Assembly: GCF_016432865.1 (NCBI RefSeq)
Contig: NC_067398.1
Coordinates: 652,302,001 to 652,366,000, forward strand
DNA length: 64,000 nt
Source: Antechinus flavipes
Lineage: Eukaryota
Reading direction: 5' to 3'
Part shown: positions 56,621 to 64,000 of the stretch, piece after piece
Position numbering within the stretch: position 1 is the stretch's first letter
How the letters are laid out: each line of letters starts with the position of its first letter
The notes under the pieces: generated by a model
The model's input: only the letters and a program-made list of their open reading frames with translations
Databases searched by the model: none
What the model was told of the DNA's origin: nothing
Position numbers and translations under genes: made by a program

Positions 56621-58340
56621 CTGCTGCTCCAGGTTCCCCCACTCCTTCCCCCCCCTTTTGCCTCTGCCGGTTCCTTCCCTCCCTGGGGTCTCCCCTTTCG
56701 CGTCCCCCCTTCTTTCTCCTGCCAGCCCTTTCCCCTGGCCACTGTCCCCCTTTCTCACCTTCATCGGTCTCCTCCCGGTCCAGAATGCTCCCCCCCCCCA
56801 TCCCTACTCCTCTCCTCCCCCTCGCTTCTGCCGTGGCTCCCCTCTTACTTCCTTAGGCCCCTTCGTCTTTTCTCTCCCATGTCTGTGGCTTCTGCCCTCT
56901 ACCATCGGTCCCCTCCCCTGTTTCCCGTCCCCTCTTCTCCCCTCTGCCAACCTTTCCCCTGTCCAGAATCTCCCTCCCTTTAGTCCGTCCGGGCTCTCCT
57001 ACTCCCCGCCCCCATAAACCCCTTCCCCTAGCCGCGGCCCCTCCTCGATCCCACCGGTCTCCTCCCCTGCTCAGGGTTCACCGTCCTCTCCTCAGCCCTG
57101 TGATTCCCCCCAGTTTCTCGTCCTCGAAGTCTCCTCTCACCTTGTGGGGTTTCCCTTCTTGCCCCCCCCACCCCTCTTTACCCGCAGCCCCCCCCCCCCA
57201 ACTCACAGTCCTCCGTTTTCTTTCCTAGTTGGGTTCTCTCCTCATTCCAGCTGGCCACCTCCTTTTCCTAGGCTCCTCCCTTCTATCCCCCATTGACTCT
57301 CTCTGCTCTCAGCACCCTCTCATTACTTCCAGCCCTACCTCTGCCCATGGGGTCCTCTTCTTCCCCTCCACCCCCACCCCCCTGCATCGGCCCCTTTTGC
57401 TCCCTTTCCTGCCCAAGATTCCCTCCAGCCTCTTCCCCGGTGGCCCTTTCCCCCACCTTTCGGCCCCTCCCCTGCAGGGCCCCCCTTCAGTCTCTCATCT
57501 TTGCCTTTTTCCTTCTCTCTACACCCCATTTCCCTGCGAAACCCACAAGTTCCCTTTCCTTCAGAGGGTTTCCTCCTCTCCTGTCCCCTTCTCTCGGCTT
57601 CTCTACCCCCCTCCTTCATGGATTCCCTCCCTTTCCCATCTAACTTCTCCATGCTGCCCCAGGCTTACACCACTTTCTGCACAGAGGTCTTCCTTCTTTA
57701 CCCCTCCAGGTATCCCCTTTCTCTGAGGCAAGCCAGTACTTTCCAGTGAAAGATGTTCTTTCCTCATCTGTCCCCTCTTCTCCTTCCCTTCACTCTACTC
57801 CACTCCTCTCCAATTTCTCTTCCCCCCTTAACTGCACCAAGCATTCCCTCTCCCTAGCCCCACCAACTGCCAAAGATTCATTCCCTTCTAAGTCTCTTCC
57901 TTTCCTCTTCTTTTGCCAGGTCAGGCATCCCCTCTCTCTGAGATCTGCCAGTTCCCTTCCCTCCACAATCTTTCCCCAATTAGCCTCCTCCACTGCATTA
58001 GCCTTCTCTTCCCCTGTCCTGATATGGATCTCCTCCTTTCCAGTACCCTTCTCTTCTCTGTCTCCCTGCTAATCCCTCTACTTACCAGTCTTCTCCTGCC
58101 ACCCTTGCCAAACCTGTAGGGATCCTCTGCCCTACAGTCCTCTTCTTTTCCCAGCTTCCAAAGCTTCTCCCTCTACCAATTCCCTTTCTTTCTCCCTCTC
58201 TCCCCCTCCCCTGTCTCCTTTGTCTCTTAGAATCTATCCAGCTCTCTTTTGCATTTCCCCTCTCCTTTTCAGGTGTCCAATCTTTCTCTCCAGAGACTTC
58301 CTTCCATGAAGTTTTATCTCTCCACGTCATTCCTCTTCCA
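56560..58340 (+). repeat. ~1.8-kb polypyrimidine low-complexity tract
   Basis: Strongly C/T-biased + strand with many C3-C11 runs; no regular repeat unit. Confidence 0.9.
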
Positions 58341-61300
58341 TTCTTTCATCTTTCCATCCCTTAAGTGTTTCTACAAGACAGAATCCTTAGAAGGGTGAGC
58401 TGGGGCTTGAAAGTTTAGGGTATTTTGGGCACTGCTCAAAGGGGCACAAGATAGACACACTCATGCATAGTTGGGTAGAGGATTGACACTTTAAGGCAGA
58501 CCCACCTTGTATTCACATAAACACAAACATACATTTGTTCGTATCACACACACTTACATTTCCACACTTAACATCAGAGACAGAATCACTGCCCCAGGCA
58601 CATTCAAACCTGTCCAGTCACAGCTGCACACCTTCCATATACAGATGCTCTGTTCCATAGCATTTAGGTCACACTATTTTCCTGAGTGCCTTAGAGGTTA
58701 GGCCTCATTTAAGAGCACCCAGAGGTACTTTAAACTTATGTTTTTGGGGTCAAACCTTTATAGTGGTTCTGTATAGGTCTGCCTTGCGTTCAGTGTGTGA
58801 GTTAGTCTGTAGTGGCTGAGCTGTGGTTTAACAAGTGTTGTTTTTAAAGGCACAATGACATTACTAGATGTTTGCTTAGTTGGATCTGTTTTCTCATATA
58901 AAATGAAGGGTTGTGCCAAATGATCTTCCAATTCCAATTCTTAACATTTTTCTTGATATTTGTGCAGGGAGGAAGGGCCCTGTGTTAGGTACTTGGCTAG
59001 AAGAAATCTGGACAGCAATTCTGTCCTCTGGCACAGAACCTTGTGATTTAGTTCTCTTCTCCCAGTCTTGAGCTTCAGGTGCCTTTGTGTTTGAGAAATA
59101 TGATTGTGCATATGTGGGAACCATCCAAGCTTCACATGAAATGATGGTGAAACAACTAAAGTAATTACCAGAACTTAAAATACAGGTTTTTCTATTAATG
59201 TTAACATCTCATGCATGTAAACTGTACTTTGTGCCTTTTCAACCATTTTCTATTGAGCTTTATAACAGATTTTTGAGGGAAGGGATGATTGGCCTGATTT
59301 AATAGAAGAAGAAACCAGAGAAAGTGTTGTGCTTAAGGTCTCATACATAGAAAGTTAGTGGCAGTCAGGAGTAGAGCTCAGATTTCCTGATTCTTGGTGA
59401 CTTTCCACTTCCCTCTATTGTCTCTGTGGAAGGATTACCATAAGAGCTCAAATCCCTCAAATTTAGACTGAGGAGATAGAATTGCACTTAAATTCTCCTT
59501 TGGGTTCCATATCACTTTTTAAAAACCATTTCTTCTCCTTCAGAAGTTCAGAAGCTACTTTTTGAATCATTCCAGTAGTAATCTGACTATACAAAGGACT
59601 GCAAAATCTTTTTCAACTTAGATTCAGCCTATTGAAATCTGAAAGACGAATTTGAAGCTTTAATTGATGATGAATTAAACTCGTGTTTTTGTTCTATTTG
59701 TCATCTGTGTTTATGCATTTATATTTTGTGTGTGTGTCTCCATATGTCAGATTCCCATTGATTAATCCATATCAGAAATATAATGAAGTGATTGCTTTTC
59801 CCACTCAATTTCAATACAGATTTTAAACAGCTATTCATGTTCCAAGAAATTTAGAAGACACGTGAATGTTCTCCCTGTGCCCTATAGAGTTGCTCTGAAA
59901 AGATTACAGATCCATTTTTGCCTCACTTGATAAACAAGTCTGCAGAAAGTTCACTTTTCTTAGGTAATTTTAATCCTTCATTTACAATATTAAGTTGAAT
60001 AGATACCAAGAATTTATTTATGTATGAATTGGATGAGATAACCTTGAAGATCCCTCCCAACTTCATGAATTGTCTTTATTGCCTGGAAATGAAGTTGAAG
60101 CTAAAAACCTTTCCTGCAGATGCTGACTGAGTTTTCTCTGTGTCCAGCATGTACTGGGGCTTTGTGGGAAAGCAAAGAGGAAGGACATGTGGGCCCTTCC
60201 TTCCTGGACTCTAGAGTGGAAGAATGAATTAGAGATCAGGGTGTGGGGTGAGTTTGGAGTATCCTGTAGACTTCAGTGGTTCCATGGTGGGCAGGTGCTC
60301 CTTTTATTGGTTCAGATCCCAGCCTATCCCGTGGCATGATTGAAGTCCTTTCTAGAACCAGTAACATGTGCTAAAGATTACTTTGTTGGAGTTTTTACAT
60401 ACTGTGTGGATTTAAGCACCTCCCTTTCCTTTTTTGATCACATATTTTATGAGTGACACCCTTTTTGCCACTTCTCACAAGGACATCACCCTTGATAACA
60501 TGCTACACCTTATGTTCACCTTGTCCTTTGGATCACCTCTAATTTTGGTTGTTTAGAGACTGTCATTCCATAGTGTGCAGCCTTACAGAGTCATTGAAAA
60601 TTTTTAGGATGAGTATGTGATTTCACTATCTTTTAATGACAAAAATCCTTTTGTAAATATAAATTGGCAGCTGCTTTGCAGTTCACAGGCTTAAAGAATC
60701 GCTTTGGGCACTGAAAGATTAATTAGCATGTGCAGGGTCATACAGGATTCATCAGAGGTAAGACTTGAACCCAGGTCTTCTTGACACTGGTCATTATGCC
60801 TCTCCAAAATAATTTTTTTTAATGTGGTTGTATGCCACAAAACTTCTTGAGATCATTGAGTGCTACATTGTCTTCCAAGCTTGTTGTGCATCTGAAGTAC
60901 TTGCCCCATATATATGAACTATCAGACTGTTTCAGTAGCCTGTTCAGGCATCTCCTCATATCATAATCTGCTCATATAAATTTTTCATCCATTTAATTTT
61001 CCCTATCTAGATTGTTCAGTTGCTCTTTTCTCAGCTTCCATGAAGGGATCCAATAATCAAGTAGGGCTTATATAATTAGTGCAATGTCATTCTGTAAACA
61101 GAAACATTTGGAAGACCTCACCATGTACAAAGTTTTCCCATTCTAATTGAATCATGGCTTAGAATATTTCCATAACAACAGTGAATACCAGAGCATAATT
61201 GTATCCCTGTTTGTTGTCTCAGTTGATAATGCTAATCAGATCTTTGAGCAAGTTACTTCCTGTTAGATCTAACAAATAATTATATAATTTTAACATATCT

Positions 61301-61813
61301 GTGGAAGATATCTTTTTGGAGTTATGGGTCTGGATTTTGTTATAATCGAACAATAAACATGTATCTCAAAGTTCATGTAGCGTGCTCAGGAAATTGTCAC
61401 TATAAGCAGAGGTGAGCCTGGGGAGTCTTCAAGGCCTGAAAAGAGACTGGGAATGAAGTTGCTATGTGTGTTTCAGAGGGGCCCTATAAACCTTTTATAT
61501 TTTGGTGATTGCTAAGAAGTTGCTGGATAAACTTAAGAATCAGACCAGAATTTGCTGAAAGAGATGAACTTAACTATGTACCTTTTGGGCAGTTAACAGC
61601 AGCTAATTGCCCTTCATGGACACATTCAGTGCTCATAATGATGATGGAGGTGGATCCAGGGGCTATTCTTGTGATAACTGGGGAATCCCAGAGTGACAGA
61701 GGGGGCACCATAAATCAGGACTGGTCTTCCACATATGCCTTTCTCTTTTCCCAGCTCTGGCAACTCACCAGGTTCTTCTCTGACTCCCTGAGGGGAACCC
61801 AGGAAACCAGGCA

Positions 61814-61846
61814 ATGGCAGCAGAGCTCCTGTCAGTCGGGCCCCAG
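61814..61846 (+). CDS. Start-codon exon of ZNF-C (exon 61755-61846), MAAELLSVGPQ
   Basis: ttttcccag|CTCTGG...GCAATGGCA...CCCCAG|gtgagc; an 11-aa MA...PQ phase-0 leader is the usual pre-KRAB-A exon; KRAB and finger exons lie beyond the window. Confidence 0.75.
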
Positions 61847-61974
61847 GTGAGCTGTTTTTCTGGAGACCCCAATCTGCAGAACTTCTTCATTCTTTTTTTT
61901 TTTTTTTTTTTAAATCTACTTCTTTCTTCTGCCATGTTAAAAAAAAAAAAAAGGAAGTATTTGTTAAGTTTTAA

Positions 61975-62210
61975 GGGTACTTAGATGGCATAGTAGACAA
62001 AGTCCTGGTGTGGGAGTCAAGAAGATGTGAATTTGAATTCTGCTTCAGTCACTTATTAGCTGTGTGACCTCAGATAAATCACTTAATCAGGGTCTGCTTT
62101 GGTTTCCTCAAATTTAAAATGGAGATAATAGCACTTACCTGCTGTTGTCAGAGTCAAATGACATAATAATTGTAAATCACTTTGTAAACCTTAAAAGTCA
62201 TATATAAACA
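61975..62210 (+). mobile_element. MIR/core SINE
   Basis: ggcatagtagac...gctgtgtgacctcagataaatcacttaa...aaaatggagataatagcac. Other MIRs at ~17820, ~23880, ~25590, ~45040 are not listed separately. Confidence 0.75.
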
Positions 62211-64000
62211 TTAGCTGTTATTATTAATTATTCTTCTTGCTTTTTAAGTTTACAGTGTATTTTCCCCACAGCTATTTTGTGAACTAATGATGGAATCTAC
62301 ATTTTTAACAGCAACTGAAGCACATAGTGGTGGACTGACCTGCCACATAGCTTATAGGTTTTGAAGTTGGGATTTGAATCTAGTTCTCCTGATTCCCAAG
62401 AAAAGGTCCATAACTTTTCCCCTGCAATTTGTAATTTTAAAAGGTAGTGACTTCCTGACTGATCTACAATTACCTCAGGTTCATCTCAAATTAATTAATT
62501 TTGTACAGATTACCTGACTATCCCAGGTCCATATTGGGAGGGAAATGGGGGGAAAGCGTTTTGGAAGAAAAGATACAATATCTTTTGGACCAGTATAGTC
62601 CAAATTATAAGGATTATAGGGAATGATAGAGAAATGTTAACTAGCTAGGATAGTATAATAATTTTTTGCATGTCCTTGACTGAACTGAGTAGAATTCTTT
62701 TAGAAATCTTTTTGATTAACTTGATTTTATTATTTCTATTTGCTTTTTATTTTTTCAGTGTAAATAAATACACTAGGAAACATACATTTATGGTGTAGAG
62801 TGACTTCCTACTTATCCTTTAAAGCCCAAATGAAATGTTATCTCTTCTAGGAAACCTTCCTTGTTTCCCCTAGTTGGTAATAATCTTTCCCTACAAACTT
62901 CAAAAAGTATTTACCATGTAATATTATGTTTTATAGTTACCTGTGTTTGTGGTTTATCTTCAGACTAGATTGTAAACCCATCAGAGAGCAAGGCCATATC
63001 TTATCTAAACTTTATTCTCAGGGCCTTGCACAGTTCTCTCTACCTAGGTACTTAATAAATGTTTATTGTCTGAATCAATGAATGAATGACTAGAGTAAGG
63101 TAAGGGGAGTGAGGAAAGCTGGAAACCAGAGCACAAACACCAAATGTGGTAGTAATAGAAACTGTTTTGTAGGTTTAGCACTAGATTCATACCTAGGGTA
63201 CAATACTGAACTTTATTAGATTCAACTATACTGTATCAGTTCCTAAAAAAAAAAAAATCCATTGATTCCTTAAGCAGCTCACTAAACAAGTAATATGATC
63301 ATGATGAATTAGAAATCCCAGGACAGAGACAGTTTGACCTAATGGGTATTACTAAGACTTGGCTGGATGAGATCCATGACTAGAATATGAAAGATGTATC
63401 TTATTCAAATGAAATATGACAAATAAAAGGGAGGATGTATACTAAAATACCTTCATTCAAGCAAATTTAACCAATAAGCTTTTGGGGGAAGAGATGGGAG
63501 AGGAGCAATTGGAATTAAGTGACTTGGCCAGGTCATACAACTAGTATGTATTAAATATCTGACATCAGATTTGAACTTAGGTTCTATAGACTTCAGAGCC
63601 AACTGTTTCCTGATAAACTTTTAAGTATCTACTCTGTGCTAGGCATCGGGAGAAATAAAAAAAATTGAGACAGTCAGGAACTAGAGTGGAGCAGCATAGA
63701 GGAGAACATTTACATAAAGAGGCATGGAAACAGAAACAGGAGTCCAGTTGTTTTCTGATTATATTACAAACCACCTGAATAGACAGAGGAAATAGAGGAA
63801 TTCAGAAAATATCATAAACCTAGCCTAGGTACATCTCCTAATAGAAGTAGGAGAAATTCAAATGATTAGGATATCTCTGTAGTAGGAGTTCTCTGAGGAA
63901 AGAATAGATCATAAGTTTTTGACTTGAAATTACTGATGGTATTTGTAAAGCATAGGTATGACCATGTCATTATCTTACCAAAAATTATCTATAGGATAAA

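Noticed and set aside
55399-58330. Many 100-240 aa ORFs over the ZNF-C island and pyrimidine tract
   Set aside because: Explained by stop-codon depletion in GC-rich, low-complexity DNA; products are P/S/L- or G/R/E-biased with no domains.
61509-61850. 113-aa ORF crossing the ZNF-C start exon
   Set aside because: Begins at TTG, spans an acceptor site, is in a different frame from MAAELLSVGPQ and has no recognisable domain.

Overview
AT-rich, repeat-dense mammalian DNA, almost certainly marsupial and probably dasyurid. This rests on WSINE1-type tRNA SINEs, marsupial L1 3' ends, abundant L2/L3/MIR and an OC1-like hAT MITE. The window holds one complete housekeeping gene, RPL8 (+ strand; 25-nt 5'TOP exon, five coding exons, 257 aa), inside a C2H2 zinc-finger cluster. 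ZNF-A is a KRAB gene on the - strand, head-to-head with RPL8 (first exon ends at 10494, KRAB-A exon 381-507, rest outside the window). ZNF-B is on the + strand (CpG-island promoter ~19-20 kb, 7-finger exon 42145-43247) and I find no KRAB exon for it. ZNF-C is the 5' end of a third + strand gene (promoter ~56.4 kb, MAAELLSVGPQ exon at 61.8 kb). The layout recalls the human 8q24.3 ZNF517-RPL8-ZNF34-ZNF251 block, but orthology cannot be assigned from sequence alone. I see no clearly new biological system. The best leads are: a motif spanning the first splice donor shared by all three ZNF genes; an exon-6-like decoy terminal exon in RPL8 intron 5; apparent KRAB loss plus nonsense truncation in ZNF-B; and two young ~1.4-1.5 kb-offset duplications, each bracketing a small exon. 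Most ORFs in the supplied track are spurious. Repeat family names are from recognition, not database searches.
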